Positions 9,096-18,858 of a stretch of DNA of 28,772 nucleotides are shown one piece after another (the first letter of the stretch is position 1; the number at the start of each line of letters is the position of its first letter). This stretch comes from Methanobacterium sp. (GTDB taxonomy: Archaea; Methanobacteriota; Methanobacteria; Methanobacteriales; Methanobacteriaceae), in the NCBI GenBank assembly GCA_028682985.1, contig JAJRAE010000246.1, positions 1-28,772 on the forward strand, given 5' to 3'. Under the pieces are notes generated by a model, which did not search any database, was not told where the DNA came from, and saw only the letters and a list, made by a program, of their open reading frames with translations. Position numbers and translations under genes: made by a program.

Positions 9096-9326
9096 ATGGC
9101 AAACCATGATTACCAGAAAAATGGATCTGAAATCAGTGAAAATTTCATTAAATTCACTGTGGACAAACCTTTAAGGATATTTGTGGGAGAATTAAATGGA
9201 GATACAATCAGAAAAACTTCTACTGAAGGACTGGAAGGCTTTAAAGATGGTGATAAAGTGGTAGTTATGCATAGTGAGGACTGGCTATGGTTCACCAATG
9301 AGTTACTAAAAAATCACAGCATATAA
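9096..9326 (+). CDS. Hypothetical protein (76 aa)
   Basis: Normal-looking composition from Met at 9096. The upstream in-frame part (8991-9095) is AT-rich intergenic-like sequence. No SD and no family recognised. Confidence 0.55.
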   Translation: MANHDYQKNGSEISENFIKFTVDKPLRIFVGELNGDTIRKTSTEGLEGFKDGDKVVVMHSEDWLWFTNELLKNHSI

Positions 9327-9391
9327 AAATAAAATGTATAAATGAATTTAACTAATCTTAATCCATCAAAAAGATCATTTGAATTGATATC

Positions 9392-10045
9392 ATGAGTAAG
9401 CAAGAAAAATCCCAATTAAAAAATAATTTTATGGGTGCATCCACTAAACAGGGCCATGAAATAGCAGTTGAAAGCAGAAAAATTGTAAAATCACTGATAG
9501 ACCATAAAATAAGTAATCTGAGGCCAGAAGAAAGATCAATAGTGGAAAGGATAGTGCACTCCACGGCTGATCCAGAATATGCAGAGCTCATCAAGATGAG
9601 CAGCGATTTTGTTTTTAAAAGCTTAGAATCAATCAAAAACAATGAAGATATCCTGACAGATATAAACATGGTGAAAACAGGGATAAATAATTATTCAGGT
9701 GAAATTAAATGTTACATCAACCATTATGAAACCAAAGAACTTGCAAGAAAAGAAGAAATCACCAGGGCAGCAGCTGCGATACAGATAGCAGCATCTGAAG
9801 GATTTGAAGGCGTGGTGGTGATAGGAAATTCACCAACAGCCCTGTTCGAGGTAATTAAACTGAAGAAAAACAATCAATTAAGGGCTAAATCAGTGATAGG
9901 TGTACCTGTTGGATTTGTAGCTGCATCAGAAGCAAAAGAAGCACTTGAGAAAACTGATATTCCTTACTTAATAACTAAAGGGCCTAAAGGAGGAACTCCA
10001 GTTGCTGTAGCAGCTATAAATTCCCTGATAAATAAAGGTAAATAA
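9392..10045 (+). CDS. cbiC: Precorrin-8X / cobalt-precorrin-8 methylmutase
   Basis: RIVHSTADPEY, TDINMV, TRAAA, IGNSPTAL, GVPVGFV, KGGT.VAVAAIN motifs. The true start may be Met at 9431. Confidence 0.93.
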   Translation: MSKQEKSQLKNNFMGASTKQGHEIAVESRKIVKSLIDHKISNLRPEERSIVERIVHSTADPEYAELIKMSSDFVFKSLESIKNNEDILTDINMVKTGINNYSGEIKCYINHYETKELARKEEITRAAAAIQIAASEGFEGVVVIGNSPTALFEVIKLKKNNQLRAKSVIGVPVGFVAASEAKEALEKTDIPYLITKGPKGGTPVAVAAINSLINKGK

Positions 10046-10160
10046 GAATTAAATCCGGCTATTGGAATGTTAGAACATAATATGAACATTTTTTATTAAT
10101 CCATTCAATAATTTAAACCCATTCAAGATAGAATATCAATCAATTAGAAGGTGAAGTGTT

Positions 10161-11417
10161 TTGAAATCAGAAGATCTATTTAATGAAGCTAAGAAATATC
10201 TCCCCGGGGGAGTTGACTCTCCAGTAAGAGCCTTTAAACCCCACCCTTTTTTTGCAGAGCGAGCTCAGGGCAGCCACATCTATGATGTGGATGGTAAAGA
10301 TTATGTTGATTATTGTCTGGCTTACGGCCCCCTGGTTATGGGGCATGCCAATCCCCTCATCATAGAAGCGGTAAAGAAACAGCTGGAGAATGGTTCAGCG
10401 TATGGAGTACCCACTGAAAGAGAGATTGACCTGGCAAAAGAGGTGGTTAGTAGGGTGCCCTGTGCAGACATGGTTCGATTTGTAAATTCCGGTACAGAGG
10501 CAACCATGAGCGCCATCAGACTGGCCAGAGCCATAACCAGAAAAAAGAAGATCATTAAATTTGAAGGATCCTACCACGGAGCACATGACTACGTGCTGGT
10601 GAAATCTGGGTCCGGGGCAATGGGATTACCTGACTCACCAGGGGTGCCGGAGGAAACCACCAGAAACACTATTTTAATACCTTTCAATGACCAGGATGCA
10701 TTGACAGAACAAATTAACAAGCAGAAAGACCAGATAGCAGCCATCATAGTAGAGCCGGTTATGGGAAACATCGGATGCATACCTCCCAGAGAAGGATATC
10801 TCAAATTTCTACGAGAAATAACCAGTGAAAATAATATAATTTTAATTTTCGACGAAGTAATAACCGGTTTCAGACTGGCCAGGGGAGGGGCACAGGAATA
10901 CTTCAATATAACACCAGATATATCTACTTTTGGTAAAATATTAGGTGGAGGCTTTCCAATGGGTGCCTTAGCAGGTAAAAAAGAATATATGGAGTTAATT
11001 GCCCCATCAGGTACTGTGTATCAGGCGGGAACATTTAATGGAAATCCCATATCAATCACTGCCGGACTGGCTACATTAAATCATCTTGATGAAAAATTCT
11101 ATAATGAATTAAATAAAAAAGGAAACCATCTGCGGGGAGAAATGGATTCCATCCTGGAAAACCAACAGTTAAACTACCAAGTGGCAGGATTAACATCCAT
11201 GTTCCAGATATACTTCACAGATAAAAAGGTGTGGGATTATCAGGATGCTAAAACTGCGGACACAGAAAAATTTCAGTTATACTTCCATAAACTCCTGGAA
11301 AAAGGGGTGTTCATCCCGCCTTCGCAGTTTGAATGCTGTTTTATCTCAGAGAAACACAGCCAAGAGGACCTCGGCTTTACCTTAAATGCAGTTGAAGAAG
11401 CAATCAAGGAGATATAA
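10161..11417 (+). CDS. hemL: Glutamate-1-semialdehyde 2,1-aminomutase
   Basis: [38 protein letters not shown]-Lys [15 protein letters not shown]; TTG start 6 nt after GGTGA. Confidence 0.97.
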   Translation: MKSEDLFNEAKKYLPGGVDSPVRAFKPHPFFAERAQGSHIYDVDGKDYVDYCLAYGPLVMGHANPLIIEAVKKQLENGSAYGVPTEREIDLAKEVVSRVPCADMVRFVNSGTEATMSAIRLARAITRKKKIIKFEGSYHGAHDYVLVKSGSGAMGLPDSPGVPEETTRNTILIPFNDQDALTEQINKQKDQIAAIIVEPVMGNIGCIPPREGYLKFLREITSENNIILIFDEVITGFRLARGGAQEYFNITPDISTFGKILGGGFPMGALAGKKEYMELIAPSGTVYQAGTFNGNPISITAGLATLNHLDEKFYNELNKKGNHLRGEMDSILENQQLNYQVAGLTSMFQIYFTDKKVWDYQDAKTADTEKFQLYFHKLLEKGVFIPPSQFECCFISEKHSQEDLGFTLNAVEEAIKEI

Positions 11418-11494
11418 TAATTATTTATTCATTAATTTTTTAAGAATACAAAAATATCAAGAAATATTTACAGAAATAGAATAACATTAAAATT

Positions 11495-12082
11495 TTAAAA
11501 TATTAAAATAAGCAACAGAACCACTATAATCAGAAATTCCATGATAATAAATCCACGTGTTCCAATACTTTTTATTACACTGGATATGGTTAATTTATCA
11601 CTGCTATGAGCCCGAATTCTCTGTTCTTTGATGATGGACATCAATCTATCTTCATTTTCAGAAATATCATCCAACAGTCGTTTCTGATTTTTTATATCAC
11701 TCTGGAGGTTTCTTTCATTTAAAACATCCCACAAGTTCCATCTTTCTTCTTTAATCTCATTTAATAGTCCTTCCTGGATATTAATATGGTTGGATAAGTT
11801 TTCGATTAGTTCCTTTCTTTTTTTGGATTTACTTTTAAGAAGTGTAAGCAACTGCTCAATCTCCTCAGTGTCGTCAAAATCCTCCATACCAGTTCGTGTT
11901 GATGAGTCCGGGAGATTTTCATAGAATTCCAACATTTCTCCACATTCACAGGAAACAAAATCTTCAGGGGTTTCATCTTCTTGAAGACGGTAATATCCAT
12001 TGCAATTATTGCAATATAAATATCCATTGAAACCAATGGAACTCCTATTTCTATAATTTCCCTCAGGATAACTATCATTCAT
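11495..12082 (-). CDS. Zn-ribbon + coiled-coil + C-terminal TM anchor protein, hypothetical
   Basis: C24-x2-C27...C45-x-C47, heptad-rich aa ~73-158, hydrophobic aa ~177-195 at the very C-terminus. Confidence 0.8.
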   Translation of the reverse strand: MNDSYPEGNYRNRSSIGFNGYLYCNNCNGYYRLQEDETPEDFVSCECGEMLEFYENLPDSSTRTGMEDFDDTEEIEQLLTLLKSKSKKRKELIENLSNHINIQEGLLNEIKEERWNLWDVLNERNLQSDIKNQKRLLDDISENEDRLMSIIKEQRIRAHSSDKLTISSVIKSIGTRGFIIMEFLIIVVLLLILIF

Positions 12083-12217
12083 TTAGAAATCCCCCAAATA
12101 ATTAATGTTAAATATTTAGTAATTAATAACCTATATAAATTATCCTGTTTAAAATTAAAATAAATTCAGACAGTTTTACAATTAAGAAATAAAAATAAAA
12201 AAAATTTATCCACAATT

Positions 12218-12925
12218 ATGAAGATCGTTGCTGGTGTAGGGAGAAATAAAAATATTGTAGAAGCCTCCCAGAAGGTTGACTTTCCAGTTGAACTGGTTGA
12301 TTCAGAAGAAGTTTTTGCAGATTCAATTATGGAAAAAAAGGCCCAGGCACATGTTAGAGGATCACTTAATTCTTCATTAGTCTTGAAAAGAATGAAAACC
12401 AGATATAAAGAACTGTACCGTGCCTCCTGTATGGAAGTGAATAATAAAAAGTTTTTACTGGCTCCGGTGGGTATTGATGAAGGAGATCATCTTCTACAAA
12501 AACTGCAGATAATAAGATTAGGGGCTAAATTTCTTGAAAAATTAGGTATTGATCCTGAAATAGCCATAATTTCTGGGGGAAGATCAGAGGACATGGGGAG
12601 AAGCCGTAGAATCGATGGATCCATAGCCCAGGGAAGATTGTTAACCAAGATCATAAGAGATAAATATTCAGTTGAACATTATTATATATTAATAGAAGAA
12701 GCAATAGCAGATAATGCAAATTTTATACTGGCACCAGACGGTATTTCCGGTAATTTAATATTCAGATCACTCGTTTTAAGTGGATGTGCCAAAAGCCACG
12801 GTGCCATAACACTGGGAATAGATGGAATATACATCGATACCTCCAGATCTCTGGATGTATCAGGTTATCAAAGGGCGCTAGAATTTGCAAGATATTTACT
12901 AGAAAAACAGATACAACAACCTTAA
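12218..12925 (+). CDS. mtxX: Methanogenesis marker protein 4 / MtxX (phosphotransacylase-like fold)
   Basis: VRGSL, LLAPVGIDEG, ISGGR.ED.GR, YILIEEA, APDGISGNLIFRSL and DTSR motifs. Confidence 0.8.
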   Translation: MKIVAGVGRNKNIVEASQKVDFPVELVDSEEVFADSIMEKKAQAHVRGSLNSSLVLKRMKTRYKELYRASCMEVNNKKFLLAPVGIDEGDHLLQKLQIIRLGAKFLEKLGIDPEIAIISGGRSEDMGRSRRIDGSIAQGRLLTKIIRDKYSVEHYYILIEEAIADNANFILAPDGISGNLIFRSLVLSGCAKSHGAITLGIDGIYIDTSRSLDVSGYQRALEFARYLLEKQIQQP

Positions 12926-13100
12926 AGAAATAATTTATCCAATAAAAACAAAAACAACAAAGACATAAAAAGAATTAATACTTATTAAACTAAATAAAAG
13001 TCAAATAAACATCTTTTTCTGTATTAAGTTAGTGATAGTTCAGTTTTTTATAGGATTACTCATAAAACTAATATAAAGAAGATTTATTAAGGAGAAATAA

Positions 13101-13868
13101 ATGTCACCTTTAAAACCACTATATGCACTTTATGAATGGTACATCTCCAGAAACCTTCGTTCTGAAAACATGCCCCGACACGTAGCCATAATTATGGATG
13201 GGAACCGCAGATTTTCCCGTATACAGGGTGATATGGATCCTATTGAAGGTCATAAAAAAGGAGTCAGCACCCTGGAAAAGGTGCTGGACTGGTGTGTAGA
13301 TTTAGGAATAGAGATAGTTACCATATACGCGTTTTCCATTGAAAACTTTAATAGACCTCCCCAGGAAGTGGGGGGACTGATGGAACTATTTAAACACAAC
13401 TTTGAATCCATAGCCCAGAATAAAAGGATACACAGAAATGAAGTAAAACTCAAGGCAGTGGGAAAGTTGGAGCTATTACCAGAAGACGTCAGAGAAGCCA
13501 TCAAAATAGCAGAAGAATCCACCAGCAAATACAGTAAAAGACAGGTTAACATAGCCATAGGTTATGATGGACGTTTAGAAATAGTAGATGCCATAAAAAA
13601 ACTAGCATATCAGGTTGAAGATGGTAAAATCAATCCAGAGGAGATTGATGAAACCATGGTGAATGAAAACCTGTACACCGCTGGATTAGCGGACCCTAAC
13701 TTGATTATCAGAACCAGCGGAGAGGAGAGATTAAGCGGATTCCTATTATGGCAATCATCCTATTCAGAACTATACTTCTGTGATAGTTTATGGCCTCAGC
13801 TAAGAAAAGTTGATTTCTTAAGGGCTTTGAGAGACTACCAGCAGAGGGAGAGAAGATTCGGGATATAA
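13101..13868 (+). CDS. uppS: cis-prenyltransferase (polyprenyl/undecaprenyl diphosphate synthase)
   Basis: [48 protein letters not shown]; SD GGAG. Confidence 0.95.
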   Translation: MSPLKPLYALYEWYISRNLRSENMPRHVAIIMDGNRRFSRIQGDMDPIEGHKKGVSTLEKVLDWCVDLGIEIVTIYAFSIENFNRPPQEVGGLMELFKHNFESIAQNKRIHRNEVKLKAVGKLELLPEDVREAIKIAEESTSKYSKRQVNIAIGYDGRLEIVDAIKKLAYQVEDGKINPEEIDETMVNENLYTAGLADPNLIIRTSGEERLSGFLLWQSSYSELYFCDSLWPQLRKVDFLRALRDYQQRERRFGI

Positions 13869-13958
13869 AAAATTTTTTTTATAAAGAATTTGACTTCAAT
13901 TATTTAGAATAAAGAATTATTATCAAATTATTTTAAAATATAATGGACTGATTAATAA

Positions 13959-14711
13959 ATGATCGACTCACACTGCCACGTTGATTTCAAAGAATACAAT
14001 AAAAACCGGGAAGAGGTAATTGGAAGAGCTCGAGAAAACTTGAGTGCAATTATTAATTCAGGTGCAAGCTTAGGGGGTAATAGGCGCACACTGAAATTAC
14101 AAGCGGAAAATCCCCAATTTATATATGCTACCTTAGGTTTTCATCCACATAACGCTGTGAAAGCTGATCAAAACATAATAGAACAGTCTTTAGATGAAAT
14201 AATAGGAAATATTGATCAAGCTGTTGCCATAGGGGAGACCGGCCTGGACTATCATAACTTGCAGGGAGAAGAGCCAAAAAAAAGGCAGAAGCAATTGTTT
14301 GAAAGGTTCATTGATTTAGCACTTCAGTATGAAAAGCCATTGGTAATCCACGCCAGGGATGCGGAAGAAATCGCACTGGAAATGGTTAAAAATAAGAACT
14401 TGAACCAGGTTATATTCCACTGTTATGGTGGGGATGCCCGGACAGCCAGAGCTATAGTGGATGAAGGTTATTATATATCAATTTCTACAATAATAAGCTT
14501 TTCCAAGCACCATCAAAAGTTGGCTGCTGAAATACCATTGGATAACATGCTTACTGAAACTGACAGCCCCTATTTATCCCCATTTAAGGGTAGAAATGAA
14601 CCGTCATATGTGGGGGAAGTGATTAAAGAAGTGGCCCGGGTAAAAGAATTAACCCAGGATGAAGTGGATAGGGTAACAGAAAAAAATGCATATAAAGTGT
14701 TTAAGCTATAG
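13959..14711 (+). CDS. tatD: TatD-family metallo-hydrolase/nuclease
   Basis: [36 protein letters not shown] motifs. Confidence 0.92.
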   Translation: MIDSHCHVDFKEYNKNREEVIGRARENLSAIINSGASLGGNRRTLKLQAENPQFIYATLGFHPHNAVKADQNIIEQSLDEIIGNIDQAVAIGETGLDYHNLQGEEPKKRQKQLFERFIDLALQYEKPLVIHARDAEEIALEMVKNKNLNQVIFHCYGGDARTARAIVDEGYYISISTIISFSKHHQKLAAEIPLDNMLTETDSPYLSPFKGRNEPSYVGEVIKEVARVKELTQDEVDRVTEKNAYKVFKL

Positions 14712-14734
14712 ATCACATTAAATGAATTAAAAAG

Positions 14735-15115
14735 CTATTTTTTATCCAATCTACTAAAAACTTCTTTAGCACAGTTCATACCATTTATAGCTGCTGGGAA
14801 GCCGGCGTAAACTGCCATCTGCATTATAATCTCCACCACTTCCTGGCGAGTACAACCGCTGTTTAAAGCACCTTCAATATGGCTTTCCAATTGTAATGGG
14901 GCGTTACCCAGGGTGGTGAGCGCTGCTACAGTGGCTATCTCCCGTGATTTTGGATCTAGTTCTGGTCGAGTGTAAATATCTCCATAAGCAAATTCAGCTA
15001 CAAATCGTACTAGATCAGGCGCTATATCCTGTAAATTTTCTTTCAACTTATCATAATTCTCTGGATTTTTATCTTTCAGATGTTTTAAACCTTTTTCTAA
15101 GCGTTCATTATCCAT
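14735..15115 (-). CDS. Carboxymuconolactone decarboxylase (CMD)-family protein
   Basis: YGDIYTRP.LD.KSRE, QL..HI.GAL..G, YAGFPAA motifs; no CxxC, so not a classical AhpD. Confidence 0.9.
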   Translation of the reverse strand: MDNERLEKGLKHLKDKNPENYDKLKENLQDIAPDLVRFVAEFAYGDIYTRPELDPKSREIATVAALTTLGNAPLQLESHIEGALNSGCTRQEVVEIIMQMAVYAGFPAAINGMNCAKEVFSRLDKK

Positions 15116-15162
15116 TTAATTTTCAGCTCCTAAATATTTCATGATATCATAAACAATTACTT

Positions 15163-15170
15163 ATTATAAA
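15163..15170 (-). promoter_or_regulatory. Candidate TATA box of the CMD-family gene
   Basis: TTTATAAT on the minus strand, ~48 nt upstream of the ATG at 15115, leaving room for a short leader containing GGAG. Confidence 0.5.
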
Positions 15171-15270
15171 CTGATTTAAATTTCTATTAGAAAATATAAT
15201 AAGAATTTCTTAAATAAATGTATTCTAATCCATAAAAAAAATTATAAAATTCTATATGATCAGGTGAAAG

Positions 15271-15930
15271 ATGAAGCCCTATGTAATATTAAATTCTGCA
15301 ATGACCCTGGATGGTAAAATAGCCACCAGAACTGGAAGTTCGGAGATTTCAGGACAGGATGACCTGGAAAGGGTGCACAACCTTAGAAAGGAACTGGACG
15401 CCATCATGGTTGGTATAAACACGGTACTGGAAGACGACCCCAGATTGACAGTCCATAAGATACATTCCGGTGAATCAAAAAATCCTTTAAGAGTGGTGGC
15501 AGATAGCAAAGCTCGAACACCATTAAATTCCCGTATATTAAACCAGGAAGCAAATACATTGATATTTATCTCCCAAAAAGCACCGCAGGAGAAAATAAGG
15601 GCGTTGAAAGATAAAGGTGAAAATATAGAAGTGATCCTGGCCGGCCGGGATAAAGTGGATCTTAACATTTTAATGGACGAATTGGCCCAGAGGGGTGTGA
15701 GATCCTTACTTCTGGAGGGTGGATCCACCCTGAACTTCTCCATGCTCCAGGAAGGTCTGGTGGATGAAGTAAGGGTATGTGTAGCCCCTATGATAGCAGG
15801 CGGAGTCCAGGCTAAAACTCTGGCAGATGGAAAGGGAGTGGACTATATGGAAGATTCCATAAAATTGGAGCTTAAAAAGAGTTATAAATTGGGAAAAGAC
15901 TTTATATTGGAATATAAAGTCCTTCAATAG
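15271..15930 (+). CDS. arfC: 2,5-diamino-6-(ribosylamino)-4(3H)-pyrimidinone 5'-phosphate reductase (archaeal riboflavin/F420 pathway)
   Basis: Standalone RibD reductase domain: AMTLDGKIA, DAIMVG..TV..DDP.LT, LLLEGG; no deaminase domain; SD GGTGA. Confidence 0.92.
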   Translation: MKPYVILNSAMTLDGKIATRTGSSEISGQDDLERVHNLRKELDAIMVGINTVLEDDPRLTVHKIHSGESKNPLRVVADSKARTPLNSRILNQEANTLIFISQKAPQEKIRALKDKGENIEVILAGRDKVDLNILMDELAQRGVRSLLLEGGSTLNFSMLQEGLVDEVRVCVAPMIAGGVQAKTLADGKGVDYMEDSIKLELKKSYKLGKDFILEYKVLQ

Positions 15931-15957
15931 ATTTTTCTTTAGTTTTAAATTTTAGTA

Positions 15958-16119
15958 TTAATAGCTCTTCTTAAATAGAAGAAGATAGATCCCTGCTATT
16001 ATGAGTCCAATGGCCAGTATCCACACCAGATATACGTAGAACCAGGATGCTGTGAACCATACTATTAAAATCAATATTCCCACTATTAAATATATGATTC
16101 CCATTAATTTATCATTCAT
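15958..16119 (-). CDS. Small two-TM membrane protein (53 aa), not in the supplied ORF track
   Basis: Hand translation: MNDKLMGIIYLIVGILILIVWFTASWFYVYLVWILAIGLIIAGIYLLLFKKSY*. Strong SD GGAGG upstream; TAA at 15960-15958. Confidence 0.75.
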   Translation of the reverse strand: MNDKLMGIIYLIVGILILIVWFTASWFYVYLVWILAIGLIIAGIYLLLFKKSY

Positions 16120-16196
16120 TTATTTTACCCTCCTTTAATCAAATTTGGATTATTAAATTAATAAATTTAACTCAATTATTTGATTTTGAGCTTAAG

Positions 16197-16853
16197 TTAT
16201 CTTTTATCCAGTATCTTCAATGGATTGGTTCTTAATATTTTATTTATATATTTATCTGGTATTCCCGCACCTTTAAGGATATTGCAGGCGGTTTGATAAG
16301 ATATAAGATCCTGGGGTGAGTGAGTGTCGGTATCCATAACTAGGTCCGCCCCAATTTCCAGTGCCAGCTTAGCCACATGTCCATTGGCCAGGGAATGACC
16401 TCTTCTGGAACTTATCTCCAGTGCTATTTCATTTTCCCGGGCAATCTCCACTTCTTCAGGTGTTATTAGCCCTGGATGAGCTAATATATCAACATTAGGA
16501 GAGTTCAAAGCTGTAAAATTGGTTCCCTCAATCACTGATTCCACCAGGGTTTCTCCATGAACCACAATAACTTCGGCTCCCAGATCACGGGCCTGTTGGG
16601 CTAGTTTATCAATCACCTCTACAGGGGCATGGGTAATTTCAGCTCCTGGAATTAAATCAATGTCCCAATTATCCCGGATATCATTAACGGCGTTTATTAT
16701 CTTTCCCACACTATCCACATTTGACGCGTCAACATGGTCTGTTATGGCCACTGCCTCATGATCCAAAACCAAGGCACGTCTGGCTATTTCTGAAGGTAAA
16801 AGCTCCCCATCACTGAATATGCTGTGGGTATGTAGATCTATTCTCTTTTCCAT
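16197..16853 (-). CDS. PHP-domain phosphoesterase (histidinol-phosphatase-like)
   Basis: DLHTHS.FSDG, ITDH, GAEITH, VHGET, ILAHPG, DTDTH metal ligands. Confidence 0.88.
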   Translation of the reverse strand: MEKRIDLHTHSIFSDGELLPSEIARRALVLDHEAVAITDHVDASNVDSVGKIINAVNDIRDNWDIDLIPGAEITHAPVEVIDKLAQQARDLGAEVIVVHGETLVESVIEGTNFTALNSPNVDILAHPGLITPEEVEIARENEIALEISSRRGHSLANGHVAKLALEIGADLVMDTDTHSPQDLISYQTACNILKGAGIPDKYINKILRTNPLKILDKR

Positions 16854-17021
16854 ACGATTCCTCTGATTAAAATATTTTTACCATACTTTAATTGTTATAA
16901 AACTTAAATTGTTAGCAACATTTAGATTAATTGATATATTGTATATTATATGAATAATATTGTTAATAATATGTGAATAATTTTTTTAAACTGAAATTTT
17001 GATGATAATTAATAAAAAAGG

Positions 17022-17912
17022 GTGATATTTATCAACAGTTCTGTATTTGTACCTTCTCATATAACTGGATTTTTCGAAATAATTCATCACAGCAACCCCC
17101 TAAAAAAAGGATCAAAAGGGGCGGGACTGGTACTGGATAAAGGTGTATTAACCAGTATCTCTGCAACTGATGGTTCTGGAAATATTAAGGTGGTAATTAA
17201 CGGTGAATCCGATTCAAAACTGGCTTCAATAACCTGTAAAACCATAGAACTCATAAAAGAATATACTCCACTTGATAAAACTGATCTGGTTGTTGAGCAT
17301 GAATTTCTCATTCCAGTGGGAACTGGATTTGGTATTTCAGCTGCCTGTGCACTCGGAACATCTCTGGGGTTAACCAGGGCTCTTAATCTTCCTTTCACAT
17401 TTAATCACGCCGCATCGATAGCTCATCATGCGGAGATTGAAATGAAAAGCGGTTTAGGTGATGTGATTGCTGAAGTTACTGGTGGCTTAGTTATAAGGAT
17501 AAAAGAGGGAGCCCCTGGACTTGGAATCACGGATAGATTGATAATAAACAAACCCTATGATGAATATTACATCTTGAGCAAAACTCTGGGTGAACTAGAG
17601 ACTTCAGAAGTAATTGGGGATCCTCGGTTGAGGAGGAAAATTAACCAATCTGGACATAAATTATTTAACAAACTTCTTTTAAAGCCGGATATTAGGAATT
17701 TCCTGGAGTTATCCCGGAGATTTGCAGAGGAAACCATGCTCATGAATCCTGAGATAAAGGAATTGGTTGATATTTGGGGAGAAGAAACCCTAGGCGCGTC
17801 CATGGCCATGCTTGGAAATACCGCATTTGCCGTATCAAAAACGCCAGATACCAGTGTGGAAGATGTTATAGTCTCTAAGATCGATAATTCTGGATGTAGA
17901 TTTGTTCAATAA
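17022..17912 (+). CDS. Pantoate kinase (GHMP family, archaeal CoA pathway)
   Basis: FVPSHITGFF, GSKGAG, GHMP loop PVGTGFGISAA, AH.AEI....GLGDV, GG..IR...G.PG, SMAMLGN. Start codon uncertain (see findings). Confidence 0.88.
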   Translation: MIFINSSVFVPSHITGFFEIIHHSNPLKKGSKGAGLVLDKGVLTSISATDGSGNIKVVINGESDSKLASITCKTIELIKEYTPLDKTDLVVEHEFLIPVGTGFGISAACALGTSLGLTRALNLPFTFNHAASIAHHAEIEMKSGLGDVIAEVTGGLVIRIKEGAPGLGITDRLIINKPYDEYYILSKTLGELETSEVIGDPRLRRKINQSGHKLFNKLLLKPDIRNFLELSRRFAEETMLMNPEIKELVDIWGEETLGASMAMLGNTAFAVSKTPDTSVEDVIVSKIDNSGCRFVQ

Positions 17913-17948
17913 GAATATTATATTAATTTTTTTATTAAAACCAGAGGA

Positions 17949-18740
17949 TCATTTCTTAACATCCTCTACAACGTATTTGATATCCTCATCTTCCAGTTCC
18001 CTGGTGATGCTGCCCGTCATCCTGCCTACGGAGAAGACCAGTATATTTAGACCTCTTTTGGCTGCAGCTACAGTTGCTTCAGGGGTGGCGAATTCAAAAT
18101 CTGGTTTGATACCTAGTTTACTGGTTACCACACGGGAAACCGTTCCCATTATTCCCACCCGGTGGATTTTATCCTTTTTTTCCTGGTATATGCTTTTTAT
18201 CTTATCAAAGTCGGCTGCTCTGGAACCTCCCTGATTGATGGTGGGAAGTTTAACTATAACTACATATCCGGGTTCCAGTTCTATTAATCCACTTAATTTT
18301 ACTAACGCTACATCTTCATCCTTTCCAGCATCTTTAAGCACTTCTGCATGGGCAGATGTTTCATGAATTGTGGCATAAAGGATTCCCTCATCCATCTCCA
18401 GCCACACCTCATCTCCAGATTTAAATTCCTGCCGGGCTATGGCTGGCCAGGTTGATTTATAGGCATTCATGGTGTCCAGAACCTGGTCAGAATATTTTCT
18501 GAGATTTATTGCTTCCTTTTTAACCCGTTCAATACCTCTATTGGTTATCTTATAGTGGACCTTTCCCTTACCAATCTCTACCATGCCTTCATCAGCTAAG
18601 CTCTTTATATTTTCTGAAACTGCCTGGATGGTTATACCCAGTTTTTCCGCAATATCTTTCTGTCTTAGATGCGGTTCCATCCTGGCTATCTCTGCCAGAA
18701 TCTGGAAACGAGTAAGTTCACCTTTTTTTTTAAAGACCAT
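17949..18740 (-). CDS. Winged-helix (MarR-like) transcriptional regulator with C-terminal domains (COG1497-like)
   Basis: [27 protein letters not shown], wing ending YKITNRG; SD GGTGA 7 nt before ATG. Confidence 0.8.
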   Translation of the reverse strand: MVFKKKGELTRFQILAEIARMEPHLRQKDIAEKLGITIQAVSENIKSLADEGMVEIGKGKVHYKITNRGIERVKKEAINLRKYSDQVLDTMNAYKSTWPAIARQEFKSGDEVWLEMDEGILYATIHETSAHAEVLKDAGKDEDVALVKLSGLIELEPGYVVIVKLPTINQGGSRAADFDKIKSIYQEKKDKIHRVGIMGTVSRVVTSKLGIKPDFEFATPEATVAAAKRGLNILVFSVGRMTGSITRELEDEDIKYVVEDVKK

Positions 18741-18858
18741 AATTAGATCACCAGAATAAGGAAAAATAATAATCTATAACCTATTTATAAATTTAAGATT
18801 TAAATAATTTTTTAAAAAGATTTTAAAATAAAAATAATTTTATTTTAATAATGTATAT

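Noticed and set aside
12926-13010. A-rich tract with AAAAAC-like repeats after mtxX
   Set aside because: Irregular low-complexity intergenic sequence with no fixed unit or ORF.
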